A stretch of DNA of 63,643 nucleotides, filler included, from Octopus bimaculoides (lineage: Eukaryota): the NCBI RefSeq assembly GCF_001194135.2. It is 6 parts of 5 records of this genome, joined end to end, with 100 filler letters (N's around TTAATTAATTAA, not from the genome) between each part and the next. Parts side by side here need not be neighbours in the genome. Positions count along the whole stretch, not along the records: positions 24,018 to 35,396 come from NC_068988.1; positions 35,497 to 43,398 come from NC_068987.1; 4 more parts are not named here. One strand, 5' to 3'. The position numbers were made by a program, and so were the translations under genes. This document shows, in pieces, positions 25,230 to 39,230 of the stretch (the stretch's first letter is position 1; each line of letters opens with the position of its first letter). The notes below the pieces were generated by a model. That model worked only from the letters and a program-made list of their open reading frames with translations, searched no databases and was not told the DNA's origin.

Positions 25230-25999
25230 AGCGACAAACTGGTAAAATGGATAGAGAGTCGATCAAAATGTCTACCGATGTTAATTCCTACCTATTACTG
25301 TCTGGGTTCAAATCCGGCCGAGGTCAACTTTGCCATTCATATTTTCGGGTTCGATATATAAAATTATAAATCAAATAATAGACATGATGAAATCAATGTC
25401 TTCCTCCCCTCAAACTTGTTCAAAATTTGTTTATATAATTTAGTTGGTAACTCATCGTTCAATAGTAAACAGTTTAACAAGGATATTAATGAAATGCACG
25501 TCAATTGCCGACAGCGGCTGTGAATAATTACATTGCCTTTCTTAAATAATTTTCTTCATATTACTGCACTTCAGGTAACTCAATATTTAGAATCAAATGT
25601 TATTTGCTTGGAGAGGGCTTATTAGCAGTCAAGACTGCACTGATACAAATGCATGCCATTCATTAATACTTCTAACGTAAGGTTCTTTATGTATGATACA
25701 CACGCTCGCACGCACGCGCACGCGCACACACACTCTGACATATACTGAATATATGTATGTATGAATATATGTGTGCACATACGTATGTATATGTATATAC
25801 GTGTGTAAATATATATTTTTTTATGTGCACGTAAGTATGCATATATTATCTGCTACCATTTACCATTTACTTGTTCTAGGCATCGAACTGCAGTTGCGCT
25901 GGGGCATCGCCTTGAAGAATTTTAGTCGAAATAATCGGCACCAGCACTTATTTTTGAATCGTGGTACCAAGCACACAAACATACACACACATGTTTGTA

Positions 26000-26049
<50 letters not shown>

Positions 26050-26050
<1 letters not shown>

Positions 26051-26720
26051 TTGAAGATATATTTCCCGCCTCTACTTTGGATAGATTTTGGTTATTTCGC
26101 GTAGGATGCATGTCCGCGGATTCCTTTGGATCATACATGATCGGCTTTATTATACTGTGATCTGAGATTAGCGTTGTTGGAATTTTCGCATCATTGATAA
26201 GTAACATATTGTTTGTGAAGTAGAGGTGAAGAATATTGTTTTACCTGGTTGGAATACTAATTGTTTACGAGATTGAGCATGAATTCCAAATGCCTGTTTA
26301 CACCACGTCATTCTTGAAAGGGGAAGATCCTCAGGACATCCTACGTTAGGCAGGCTGAGTCTCACCGAGACGTACACTGACGCGTTGTTCTAAATGGCTT
26401 TTTGCCATGCAGTCTCCAAAACTTTCAATGGGATTCGGAGAATCTAATGGGTGATAAAGAGTACACATAACTATATTGACTTGTCTTTTATGTACAATTA
26501 CTATGTCACACACCGAGTTCCAGTATAACAAAAGACGGGGTGTGAGGTCTTCATAGGCGTACAGTGAAATTCCACCGTGTCCTCTGTCTTCTTTGTTGTT
26601 TCACGATAAAGCATACTTTGGCTTCTTTATTTCTGCATCTACCATATCGAGTTTTAAATACGTTTCAGTGAGTGGTATGCATACAGCTCTTGTGCATGCA
26701 TCGAAGTGAATTCCGGTTCT
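26050..26720 (-). mobile_element. AP-endonuclease (APE) remnant of a CR1/L2-group LINE
   Basis: Frameshifted translation LTETYLKLDMVDAEIK...RGHGGISLYAYEDL...CTLYHPLDS...GKNNILHLYFTNN...LISDHSII shows the APE TET, GG, YRPP, GDxN-region, LD and SDH motifs. Confidence 0.85.
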
Positions 26721-27327
26721 GTTATTCTAATATTTAGTGAGAGAATCATTCAGACAATTCTGCTGATGTCAGTGATAATCATACTAGATCCAGCGAGTGT
26801 GCAGGTCTTCTATATGGTGGTGGACACACACAGACCCCCCCCCACACACACACACACAAACGTATGTATGAATGAATGCATGTATGTATGTATTGTACAT
26901 GAACTAAAGGAAAACGCAACGCAGATTAGCTGTGAAAATAGAAGATTTTGTGTGTGTGTGTGTGTGTATTTGTGTGCGCGTGCGCCCGAACGTGGGTTGT
27001 TTGAAAGAATACTTAGAAAGTAAACAAACAGTTGGCATATCAGTTGTTTCATTACTTTGAGTTACATGTGTCCGTGTGTATGTGTGCGTGCGTGTGTGTG
27101 AGCGTGTGTGTGTGTATGAGCAAACACACATTTTTTTCTTTTAGAGCTGATCCAGTAAAGATGCTGCTATCAGTAAGCCAATACTAGAAAACCATTGGCA
27201 CACCATTGATTTGTCTTTGTTCGCTGCAAGTAATAGCGTAAACGCTTCCAGCTCTATCAACACATCTCACATCTTACCTACTTATCTTCTTCCTTTCACT
27301 ACGATAACGATGAATGACATAGCTTAC

Positions 27328-27366
27328 TCAACGCTCAAGTCTGAAGCGTTTACACTGTCAATTGAC
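27328..27366 (-). CDS. Candidate internal exon (39 nt, symmetric phase 2)
   Basis: Strong acceptor gttgctatttcttgcAG and donor GTAAGC. Length is a multiple of 3 and only one frame is open: SIDSVNASDLSV. Confidence 0.4.
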
Positions 27367-28689
27367 CTGCAAGAAATAGCAACTAATCTTCTTTAAATCA
27401 CAAGTTTTCTTTTAAATATACGAACATGATATGTTACGCAATGAAGCTATACATGCTACCAACAGGAAAATGGTTACTCTCGGTTTCTCTATGTTCATAA
27501 TGTTTGTTTATCATGGTTCATTTGAATTTTCACAACAACACTAATAATTACAAGAACAATAGCTACGACAAGAAATAGGATACCTAATTGATTGGCATGA
27601 AGTGGTCAGTTCTGCATTTACTTCCTTCATTATTTTTTCATCAACTACTATAAAAGAAGTGTTCTTCAGAACTGGTTGGCCTCGTACCAGTTCCACCTCA
27701 CCGATGTCACCGAGCTTATATCTACCATCTTAACTCTTATTATATCCACATTCTTCCCCATCAGTAGTAGTCAAACGAACCCTTAAATAGCCCTCATACA
27801 GAATTACCATCCTGCACATGTTTTAACAAGTTTCTTGTTTCATTTGTCTAAGAGAAATGTTAAGGGATTTATTCAGATTACAAGTTCCCTAGCAAAAGCA
27901 ATGGATGCAACACCAGCTTCAAGGTGAAACTAACAACATATACAAAATTTGGAAACACATTAAGTCATTTTGTTAAAAGATAATTTGGACCCAGTTTTCG
28001 TCTTTCAAGATTCTTGGCAGCCAATTCGTTGTCATCTATAAAACTATGTGTCATAAACCACTCTATATGTAATATTGATAGGGGGAACACGAAAATATGC
28101 TATAAAACAGTAACACCAGAATAAACAGTGATATTTTTATTTAGCAAATAGTAATAGAAATAAACCCAAGTATGGAATACTGTTTTTTTTTTATATGGTC
28201 CAGCATTTCAAAAGCGTCACTTGATCAGAGATGACAGAACAGTTAGGAATAAATATCTCTCTCAGTGTAGAAAATGCAATGAATTTGTATGGTTACGGAA
28301 TGTTTTTATTAATTCCCAGTCAAGCCCGTCACGTTGATTTCTTTTCACTGGCATTCGATTAAAATCATCGCCTTTCTCTTCTGAAACACAGTATATTTAG
28401 GACCAAACTATTCACTATGTTCTTCTCACAGAGAACTACCTTATAATGTTAGGGGATTTTATTTCAATGTTTCTGACAGTTCATCACATTACATTCGTTA
28501 GTCGGATGACATCCCGTCGAAGAGAAGTGTCTTCACTGATATAAGTGGAATTGTAATTATGGGGACACTTTAAGTCATATATCCGCTAGTCCATTATATT
28601 TCAGATTACATACACAAAGACATACACAGACACACACATATCCACCGATGCTCACGTGCACAAACATCTATAAATAAACTTATGTATAT

Positions 28690-28835
28690 TTATTATTGAA
28701 CGTAAGTGTGGTTAAGACATTTGTTTGCTGACCATACGTTTTGGGTTCAGTCTCACTACGCCGTAATTTGGCAAGTGTTTTCCACTCTAGCTCTTGGCCC
28801 ACCACAATCTTATGAGTGAATTTCGTGGTGGAAAT
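28690..28835 (+). mobile_element. Old, degraded 5' half of SINE family B
   Basis: gtgtggttaag...gggttcagtctcactacg...ttggcaagtgttttccactctagc resembles 30397-30550. Confidence 0.6.
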
Positions 28836-30048
28836 ATATCTGTATGTCTTCATTATTTGTCTTCTATATATTTGTTTCGATAAGTCCCTAAAACATTGTG
28901 GTTCAACAAACGAAATGATACCAAATGTGTCGGGCTTAAAATATAGTACCGGTGTCAGTACGTCCAACTAAGTCCTAAACATACATTTATGAATGTATGT
29001 ATGTGTATTGATGTACACACTATGTCATACCTGATCGTATTCGATCAAATTGATTTACAAATGTCTTTCTACACGAGACCAAGTATTTCGCCAGAAATAC
29101 TCAAGGGATAAACATGAGTGTTATTATATTGTATTTTCTCTTCGACAAACGTCTTCAAATGGCAATAGATTTATTTTAGAAGTACTCCAGAAGCTAACCT
29201 CCTCCACAAACTTTCTTATTTTATACAATATAGTACGGTATCATTTCTCACTTTACACCATAGAATGTGTCGATTTTATGAAAGTTTTCCAGAATTCTCC
29301 AACTGTGCTTTTGGCATCTATGTTTCATTCGAATATTTTATAATTATTTTCATTTTATCGTATTTTATCGGTTGTCCAACCTGATGGTATATATTATATA
29401 TATATTTATTTTTTTGACATTTATGCTTTGCTGAATTTCATCGATTGCACTTTATTATTTAAAATTGATTTATCGACAATTTACAACATGTGCGATAGCG
29501 TCTATAGCTGACAAGTTAGAATTTAGCTGACCATGAATATTAGACGTCAGCGATTCATTTTTTCCTTAGAAAATCTATCAGATTTCTTTGAGGATTCTTT
29601 TATTCTTCGTATATATTTGTGTATGAAGCATGCGCGTGTGCGTAGTAGATGTATTCAAAAGTTAATTCCAGCTCGGCATAACACTGTCATTCGTTTGTTT
29701 TGCGGATTTTTTACACATTTATCATGTACTGCTCTCCGGATGTACCAGATTTAAACAAAATAAATCATTAGTTTCCTAAACTTCAATGTTACATCACTAG
29801 TCCATTTTTATTTTTAGTTGTTTGTCACTAGTTACAGAAATACTGCTATTTTTAGCGATTTCAAGAAAGAGCATAAAAATAACAACAAAGACCGAGAGAA
29901 GTATTAACAGGGGATTCTTAATTTCATCTCCCTAAAAATGGCTCCGATTATATGTAAGATTTTTATATGATATTGGGTTGTAGGTTGAATGTATGTATAT
30001 ATATACGCACACCAATTTATACCTATATACATATAATATAATATACGT

Positions 30049-30086
<38 letters not shown>

Positions 30087-30396
30087 GAAATAAAACAAGG
30101 TAGAGAATGGTAAAATAATTTATTATGAAGAACTTTTTGTACCGGTTTCAGTCTTTGCAACTTTTTCAACTTAGAGTAAAGCAAGAAAAACTATTAAATT
30201 GTGGAAAAATTAAATGAAATCTTTTTAAATATATTTCCATAGTTTTCAAATGCAAGGGATATTTTCCTTTTTTCTGTCTTTCTCTATCTCTCTTTTTTAC
30301 TCTTGTGAGTTCTAGGAGGTTGGCAGTAGCTAGTTTCATATGAATTCTTGTCTTTGATTGTTTAAGCAGTATATGGTTCTGAATGGCTGTGTAGTA

Positions 30397-30820
30397 GGCG
30401 CAGGAGTAGCTGTGTGGTAAGTAGCTTGCTTACTAACCACATGGTTCTGGGTTTAGTCCCACTGCGTGGCACCTTGGGCAAGTGTCTTCTACTATAACTT
30501 CGGGCCGACCAAAGCATTGTGAGTGGATTTGGTAGACGGAAACTGAAAGAAGCCCGTTGTATATATGTATGTATATGTATATATGTGTATTTGTGTGTAT
30601 GTTTGTGTGTCAGTGTTTGTCCCCCCAACATCGCTTGACAACCGATGCTGGTGTATTTACGTCCCTGTAACTTAGCGGTTCGGCAAAAGAGACCGATAGA
30701 ATAAGCATTAGGCTTACAAAAATTAATTCCTGGGGTCGATTTGCTTGACTAAAGGTGGCGGTCCAGCATGGCCGCAGTTAAATGACTGAAACAAGTGAAA
30801 GAGTGAAAGAGTAAAAGAGT
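30397..30820 (+). mobile_element. tRNA-derived SINE family B, full length
   Basis: tRNA-like head ggcgcaggagtagctgtgtggtaag...gggtttagtcccactgcgtggcaccttgggcaagtgtcttc, central TA/TG-rich microsatellite, (AAAGAGT)n tail. Confidence 0.9.
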
Positions 30821-31682
30821 ATATATATATATATATATATATNNNNNNNNNNNNNNNNNNNNNNNNNNNNNNNNNNNNNNNNNNNNNNNNNNNNNNNNNN
30901 NNNNNNNNNNNNNNNNNNNNNNNNNNNNNNNNNNNNNNNNNNNNNNNNNNNNNNNNNNNNNNNNNNNNNNNNNNNNNNNNNNNNNNNNNNNNNNNNNNNN
31001 NNNNNNNNNNNNNNNNNNNNNNNNNNNNNNNNNNNNNNNNNNNNNNNNNNNNNNNNNNNNNNNNNNNNNNNNNNNNNNNNNNNNNNNNNNNNNNNNNNNN
31101 NNNNNNNNNNNNNNNNNNNNNNNNNNNNNNNNNNNNNNNNNNNNNNNNNNNNNNNNNNNNNNNNNNNNNNNNNNNNNNNNNNNNNNNNNNNNNNNNNNNN
31201 NNNNNNNNNNNNNNNNNNNNNNNNNNNNNNNNNNNNNNNNNNNNNNNNNNNNNNNNNNNNNNNNNNNNNNNNNNNNNNNNNNNNNNNNNNNNNNNNNNNN
31301 NNNNNNNNNNNNNNNNNNNNNNNNNNNNNNNNNNNNNNNNNNNNNNNNNNNNNNNNNNNNNNNNNNNNNNNNNNNNNNNNNNNNNNNNNNNNNNNNNNNN
31401 NNNNNNNNNNNNNNNNNNNNNNNNNNNNNNNNNNNNNNNNNNNNNNNNNNNNNNNNNNNNNNNNNNNNNNNNNNNNNNNNNNNNNNNNNNNNNNNNNNNN
31501 NNNNNNNNNNNNNNNNNNNNNNNNNNNNNNNNNNNNNNNNNNNNNNNNNNNNNNNNNNNNNNNNNNNNNNNNNNNNNNNNNNNNNNNNNNNNNNNNNNNN
31601 NNNNNNTATATATATACAAATATACATACCTTGATAGATAGACAGATAGACAGACAAACAGATAGATAGGTAGGTAGGTATG

Positions 31683-31743
<61 letters not shown>

Positions 31744-32340
31744 CTTTAACGTAGTTTGCAAGATTCATGATGTGAATTCTGTGTTAAAAAAAATTCTCTA
31801 TCTTGGTATTTCGTTACGCCATTAATAATGACACTTGTACTGGTAAAATATCGCTTCATTATCTTTAATTGATTGGTTAAATAATTAAATAAATAAACAA
31901 CGAACTAACCAATTGCTTGTTTAATGTGCTGGTTAAAGAATGAATTGTTTATCAGTCAAAGTCATTACGTCGTTGCCCATTAATGACTTGCTGTCTCTGT
32001 TCGAATTATGGTTTGAGCCTATTCGAGAATTAGCAGTATTCTTCTGTGTATGCATACCATCATTGCTTAATCCTCAGATTAGAAAAACAATCGATTAGTT
32101 TGTTGGTTAGATGTTTAATAAATTGACTAATAAGAAGGAAGTGTACATGTTGTTGCATGTGTTTTCATATATATACAAGTTATTTTTGATTTTCACTCTA
32201 ATTCCTCGTCTTCCTATCTGTTGAAGAGCGTAGGCTTGAAACGTAAAGGAGTTTCTCACCTTCCCGAGCGTCAAACTAATACACCAGTTTGTTGTTTATA
32301 CACCTGTCACTTGTCATATTTTGTCTCTCTGAAAAATTTC

Positions 32341-32380
<40 letters not shown>

Positions 32381-33479
32381 TTTATTTAAAAGCAGTAGAA
32401 ATATAACAAAAAAACCGTTACTCTGAGTTTCACGTTCCCGTTNNNNNNNNNNNNNNNNNNNNNNNNNNNNNNNNNNNNNNNNNNNNNNNNNNNNNNNNNN
32501 NNNNNNNNNNNNNNNNNNNNNNNNNNNNNNNNNNNNNNNNNNNNNNNNNNNNNNNNNNNNNNNNNNNNNNNNNNNNNNNNNNNNNNNNNNNNNNNNNNNN
32601 NNNNNNNNNNNNNNNNNNNNNNNNNNNNNNNNNNNNNNNNNNNNNNNNNNNNNNNNNNNNNNNNNNNNNNNNNNNNNNNNNNNNNNNNNNNNNNNNNNNN
32701 NNNNNNNNNNNNNNNNNNNNNNNNNNNNNNNNNNNNNNNNNNNNNNNNNNNNNNNNNNNNNNNNNNNNNNNNNNNNNNNNNNNNNNNNNNNNNNNNNNNT
32801 TCTGTGACGTATATATTGTTCATATACCTTTTGTAAATGAACATTTGCTAGGTTTGAGTGTCCGGAAAAAGCTCCCTACTGAAAGCCATGTTTTAAAGAA
32901 CACTGAGTGCCTCAGGGCAGTGGAGACAACTCGACTCGAAGTGATAAAAATATGTAGATATTGATTTTTATCATCATTATGTAACCTAATTACACTTTTC
33001 TTGGATCACCTCAAAAGGAAATGAATGGCTTGTCTAGATCTCATATTCAAACAGACTGAAGTGCATTTGCTGAGGTGATGCAGTAAGGTAAGTCTTCATT
33101 GATAAGAATTAAAAGGAAACACAGCCAGAAATTGTTACCTTTCAAAAAGCAACCAGCAAGAACGTTCGCAACAGATACATACGTACACACTCCCAATTTG
33201 CTCCCCCCCCACGCCAGCTATAAAAAATACAATACTCTCGCCACATACATATTCCCCTGCGTACTCACACTCCGCCACAGTATTCATGGTCAAGCGTAAC
33301 CAGAATGCTGATACAGGTTGGAACCAGTGGAATTAATAATGATGCGTAATTGATGAAGCCGAGAATGACGGATAAAGGATAAGCGATACACTTCATATCT
33401 CACCAATCGCGGACTTGTATAATTTTGTTTTAAGGATAGATTCTACCTTACTATTGGTTGACATATTTATAGAAAACCT

Positions 33480-33833
33480 ACTTTTCATCTCTTTGGATGG
33501 TTCTAGCGAGGAAAGTTTCAGTGGCAACTCAAAGTTTCAATCATTTGCGGGGGACAACACTTTAATTACACTGAGCATTTGTCATAGTATAAGCTACCCA
33601 TTATAGACGTTTTCTCGTGGTTCATGATTGTGTTTAATGATCAGAGAGTGACTTGAACCGGACTGTTTTGCTAAGTCACTTGCAGTTTGCTTTGGATTTT
33701 GCTCAATACCAGTTTTCATGTGGTCAGTTTTGACAAACGTTAGTCGCTTAGATCGTGGGGATTCTATGAGAGTAAACTTTACAGGCGGATACTGGTGAAA
33801 CATTGGTGGCATGTTCAGACACTTTATTTCCAT
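33480..33833 (-). mobile_element. Mariner transposase remnant
   Basis: IEQNPKQTASDLAKQ...SHSLIIKH (HTH region), WVAYTMT (compare WVPHEL) and FLARTIQRDEK*VFY (compare FLxRIxTGDEKW). Several stops. Confidence 0.7.
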
Positions 33834-35496
33834 AGACAGACCGAATATTCCTTACAGCTCACATTCCTGAAGAGCCCGTTTTGAATTACTTGTGTCTGAT
33901 CTATACGCGTTTTAACAGAGTAGAATAGCTATTAATTATAGCGCTATTTTGAGAAGAAATCTTCAATGAAAGGAACAGGAAACAAGCATACAAATGTAAA
34001 AGCTAATGCTTATTTTAAAGTAAGTTTAGAAGAAGCTCCCTTGATATGATCTTGTCAAAAATGCAGGACTTTCCAAAGAGATATAATGATGCTTGAATGA
34101 ATATGTGTATATATGTACATATACATACCATTACATACAAGCATGAATACATACATATTGTTTGCTCACACTGGATTAAAATTACTCTATATACCATAGC
34201 GTAGACAGAATGTGTTAATTCTTTTTAGTACGTGCAGGTCCATAATTTAGTCTATCACTATACTGTTTTGCTTCTGTACGTTTATACTTATGAAGAAATA
34301 AATATGAAGTATGAAATACATATGGATAACTTCCCTTCGTTACTATTCTTCACTTGAACACAAGTTTTGTTAACTGCAACAGCTCCTATATGTTCTAGCT
34401 TAATTATTATTCCACAGTTTGTTATATAATTTAATAATGTTAATAATGTTCAGAAATGTAATTTAATCACGTTTATGCTATATTTTTCATGAATACAGTT
34501 TACTGCATGCAATCGATAGCTTGCCTAACATATTTTTTTAAAAAATGCTATGTTTTCGTATTTTTAGTATTACAGCATCCATTCTAATGGTCGACAGTTT
34601 TGAAAGATAATGGAAATCGATCATTTACATTAAAGGTAATAAACCATAGAATGATCGACTTCAAACGATATCTATCAAAAACATTTGATCTTTTGTTTTC
34701 ATTAATCATCACAGCAAAAATGCTTTATTTAAAATGGTTTTATAGCATCATGAAAATTTAAATTCTTGCGCATATGTTCGTACGAAATGCTTATGTATAT
34801 GGAGGCAGTCATAGCTGATGGGATAAGAAGTTCGTCAGTTAATTATAAGACAACAGTTTCAATCATAATGCATGACATATTAGTTATGTGTCTATTACCA
34901 TAATTTCGGCTACCCCCACGTTTTGTAAGCGAACTTCAGTTGATGGAAACAATATGAAATCGCGGTAGGCGGTGTCTGCTAATCAAACAGCCAGTCTTTT
35001 TACACACTGAGTCATGCGGATGCAGTAAGCACGTGCCTTTTTATAAGTCAGTCACTATAGGCTTTAATTTAGTGAGTAAATTATTCCGTTTTGCAGTAAG
35101 GCGTATATTCCAGCATTCATATGGATGCATCAATATATGTATGAATGCTGGAATATATATATGTATGAATAAAAATAGAAAAATATAAAAAAGGCTTCTG
35201 TATGATCGTGTATAGAGGAATATATTACTTAAAAGAGTTCCAACTCTGTCTGTTTTTTTATGTTTTATTTATATTCTTATAAAATTAATGTGGGATATAT
35301 AATATGGAATGTATAATATAAATAGTAAAATGAAATGAAGTATTGAATGTCTTATTGAATAATGAAATATTCAGTATTAAATATAGAGTATTAAATNNNN
35401 NNNNNNNNNNNNNNNNNNNNNNNNNNNNNNNNNNNNNNNNTTAATTAATTAANNNNNNNNNNNNNNNNNNNNNNNNNNNNNNNNNNNNNNNNNNNN

Positions 35497-38400
35497 TTGC
35501 AGCTTTATTTCATCTCTGACTACAATCAACAGGCCGCAGCACGAGTAGCCAATTTCCCGGCGAATGGAGACAACACGGAGGCTGAAACTTTCGACAGAGA
35601 CATCTTACTTGGCCTACAAACAATGCTGCATGAGCACAACAGTTACATCCTCAGCTTCAAATGCGCGTTGGAGAACAGCACCCTGTCCCAACTACAATGT
35701 CATCATTGACGCTGACAAGAGGCCATCTGGGGGGCATGCTCACTGCTTCAATGCTCCCGCATGCAATGAGGTAGCAGTCGTTCTTTATGGGGACCAACAC
35801 AACCCCAGAGATATAGTTTTCCCATGCCGTGACGGCGGCCTTCATAGGATTAGTGAAACTCACCGCTCTTATGACAGCCTACAGTACCCCCTTTTGTTCA
35901 CTTGCGGGGAGGCTGATTACCATTTCGGCATTCAACATCGTCAACCCAACAACCCCTCTGTGACATTGGCCAAAACAGTGTCGTTAAGGGCATATTATGC
36001 CTACAGATTTATGCTGTGGGTGAACAGCTTCAATCACTTGCATCAGTCGCGAGACCTACTTCATCAGTTTGCAGTGGACATGGCTGCCAAGGTTGAATCT
36101 GAGCGTCTGTGTTTTATATAAAAACACACCAGAAAGAGCTGCGCAGTGACAGCTACATCCAGAATGATGCTGATCCCCGAAGCCTGGGAAAGACCTGCAT
36201 ATTACCCTCCAGCTACACGGGGGGACCCAGGAACATGCACGAACGAACCCAGGACGCAATGACGTACGTCCGAAATTATGGTTGTCCGGACCTGTTTATT
36301 ATGTTCACATGCAACCCAAAGAGGGTGGAAATAACCTGTGAACTTTACCCTGGGCAACAACCTGCCCACAGACATGACCTACTTGCTTGAGTGTTCCAGC
36401 TAAAGTTGGCCAAGTTGATGACATTAATCAAAAAGGGGCAGATTTTGGGGCCAGTCAAGTGCGACATGTACACTGTGGAATGGCAGAAGAGAGGAAATCC
36501 ACATGCTCACATTCTGATTTGGCTAGCGACGAAAATCAACTCCAATGATGTTGATGCAATCATCTCAGCTGAGATTTCTAACCCTGTCATTGACCATGAG
36601 TTATATGACATTGTCAGCATGAACATGATTCATGGTCCGTGTGGGATGGGTGTTGATGGCCATCATGCGTGCCTACAGAACGGGTCATGTAGTAAGGGAT
36701 TCCCTAAGCAATTTGTTGATGAGACACGGACTAATGGAGACAGGTACTCCCTGTACAGATGGAGACGGCCTGAGAACAGTGGCTTCACCACAACAGTAAA
36801 GGGAAGTAAAGTCGACAATCGGTGGGTTGTCCCTTACTGCCCACTTCTCTTGAAGATTTTTAATGCCCATATAAATGTTGAATTTTGCAGTTCCGTTAAA
36901 GCTATAAAGTACATTTGCAAGTACATTAACAAAGGCTCCGATGCCGCCGTATTTGGCCTTCAAAGTGCCAGTGGAAGGGATGAAGTTTCTGAGTACCTGT
37001 CAGGGCAGTACATCAGCAGCAATGAGGCTTTTTTGGTGTATTTTCAGTTTCCCCCTCCACCAAGAGCATCCAGCAATCATGCATCTGACTGTTCATTTGG
37101 AGAATGGTCAGCGTGTATACTTTTCTGAGCACAATGCTGCCCAATTGGCTGCCCTGCAGAAGGAGACAACTCTTACTGGTTTCTTTAAGTTGTGTCAAAT
37201 TGACATATTTGCAAAGCGTCTTATTTATCCGCAACTGCCATCCTACTTTGTGAGGGATAAAAACGTTTGGACACGAAGACAGTCGGAGGTTGATGTAGAT
37301 GGGCATCCAGGCATTAAGTTTTCAGATTGCCTCGGGAGGCTATACACGGTGCACCCAAGCCAGCAGGAGTGTTTTTACTTGCGACTCCTTCTTCATGAAG
37401 TTGTCAGTCCAGAAAGCTTCCAGGATATCAGAACTGTTGACAATCTGTGTTATGACATATTTCGGGCAGCCTGCTTTCAGCGTGGGCTTTTGGAGGATGA
37501 CTCACAATGGGATTCTACTTTGGCTGAAGGAGCTTTGCTAAACTCACCTAAAAGCCTACGGCAAGTCTTCGCTATTTTGCTCCAAAAATGTGGGTTGTCC
37601 GATCCAGCTTCTTTGTGGTTGAAGTACAGGGATCCTATGTCCAAGGACTTCCTTTGGATGGCAAAGCAACAGTGCCCTAATATTGACATTGGATACAATG
37701 ACCTGATCTACAATAATGTGCTGATTGAAATTGAGGATGCCCTGCTCAAACTGGGTGGGGCGGCATTGAACACATTCGGTTTGCTTTCCTCATTGCGACA
37801 GGACGTTAACACACTCGCACCAAAGTTACTTCTGGAGTTGTTGTATGATGCTGATAGCCTTGCGGAGTACCTGAGAGTAAATGAACTAAAATTGCTTGCT
37901 GATCAGCGGCTGGTGTACGAAACTGTCGTCAGTGCCGTTGAAAAACAGGTGGGTGGCATTTTTTCCTTGATGATCCTAGAGGTATCGGCAAATCCTTTGT
38001 AACACAATTAATACTTGCTAAGATTCGTCGCGAGAAACAAATTGCGCTAGCCGTTGCCTCCTCAGGAATCACTGCTACGTTATTGCCAGGAGGTAGGACG
38101 GTGCACTCGGCATTCAAGCTGCCTTTGGATTTGGTTAGGGCCAAGGTTCCTACTTGCAACATTAGCAACATTAGCAAAAATTCAGTGCTGTCTCATTGTA
38201 TGGGACGAATGCACAATGGCCAATAAGGGTGCCCTTGAGGCATTGGACCGGTCACTGAAAGATATCAGGGATTCTACAGCTTCTATGGGTGGTGTAACTC
38301 TATTGCTTTCAGGAGATTTCCGACAAACCCTTCCTGTCATCCCTAAAGGAACCAGGGCTGATGAAGTGCGTGCATGCCTTAAGTCATCCACGTTGTGGCC

Positions 38401-39230
38401 CCAGGTTAAGATGTTAAGCCTAAGCACAAACATGCGTGCGCACTTGCTTGGTGATAGCACGTCTGCAGCATTTGCTGATGACATTTTAGCCCTTGGAGAA
38501 GGGAAGGTTCCTAAGAATGATAAGGGTGACATATCCATCTCTGAACTGTGCAACACAGTGGACAACCCTTCCAATCTTTTGGAAACAGTGTTCCCCAATC
38601 TGGAAAGTAACTATGCAGACATCAATTGGCTCAGTGAAAGAAACATCCTGGTCCCCAAAAGTGTAGTTATCTGACCAGCTCATAAGCCGAATTCCGGGTG
38701 AGGAGCGCATCTACAAATCAATTGACCGGACCTGTGAACCCCAAGACATTGTTAATTACCCTATCGAGTATCTCAACTCATTGGAGCCAGCAGGGCTTCC
38801 ACTTCATATTCTTAGGCTAAGGGTTGGATGCCCAATTATGCTAATCAGAAACTTGCTTCTGCCTAAACAGTGCAATGGGACCTGCTTAGTAGTTAAGTCC
38901 CTGATGCCCCACTTGATTGAGGCCACCATTGTTACAGAGTGCGGGAGGGGTGAAAATGCTTTCATTTCAAGGATGCACCTTTATCTTTCGGGGTCAGACA
39001 TACCATTTCACTTCCGCAGCTCGCAGTTCCCGGTGAGACCATGCTTTGCCATGTCCATCAACAAATCCCAAGGCCAAACACTATCGGTGGCAGGCATCCA
39101 TTTGGGGGAGCCATGCTTTTCACATGGGCAACTTTATGTGGCCTGCTCCCGTGTGGGTAGTAGAAACGCTCTTTTTGTGTATGCTCCTCAGGGCAGAACA
39201 CGCAATGTTGTCTATAGCGAAGTTTTATAG
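35497..39230 (+). pseudogene. Helitron Rep/PIF1-helicase, disrupted by frameshifts and stops
   Basis: Rep motifs PDLFIMFTCNP, VEWQKRGNPHAHILIW (HUH) and KYICKYINKG. Helicase motifs FLDDPRGIGKSF (Walker A), IVWDECTM, GDFRQTLPV, STNMRA, FAMSINKSQGQTL and SHGQLYVACSRV, ending RNVVYSEVL*. Confidence 0.97.

Noticed and set aside
33058-33087. Plus-strand AAG|GTAAGT donor with an upstream acceptor
   Set aside because: The interval has stops in all frames and no other support; likely a pseudo-exon.
35441-35452. TTAATTAATTAA motif recurring five times
   Set aside because: Always centred in 44N+12+44N spacers, so a scaffolding linker rather than a biological motif.
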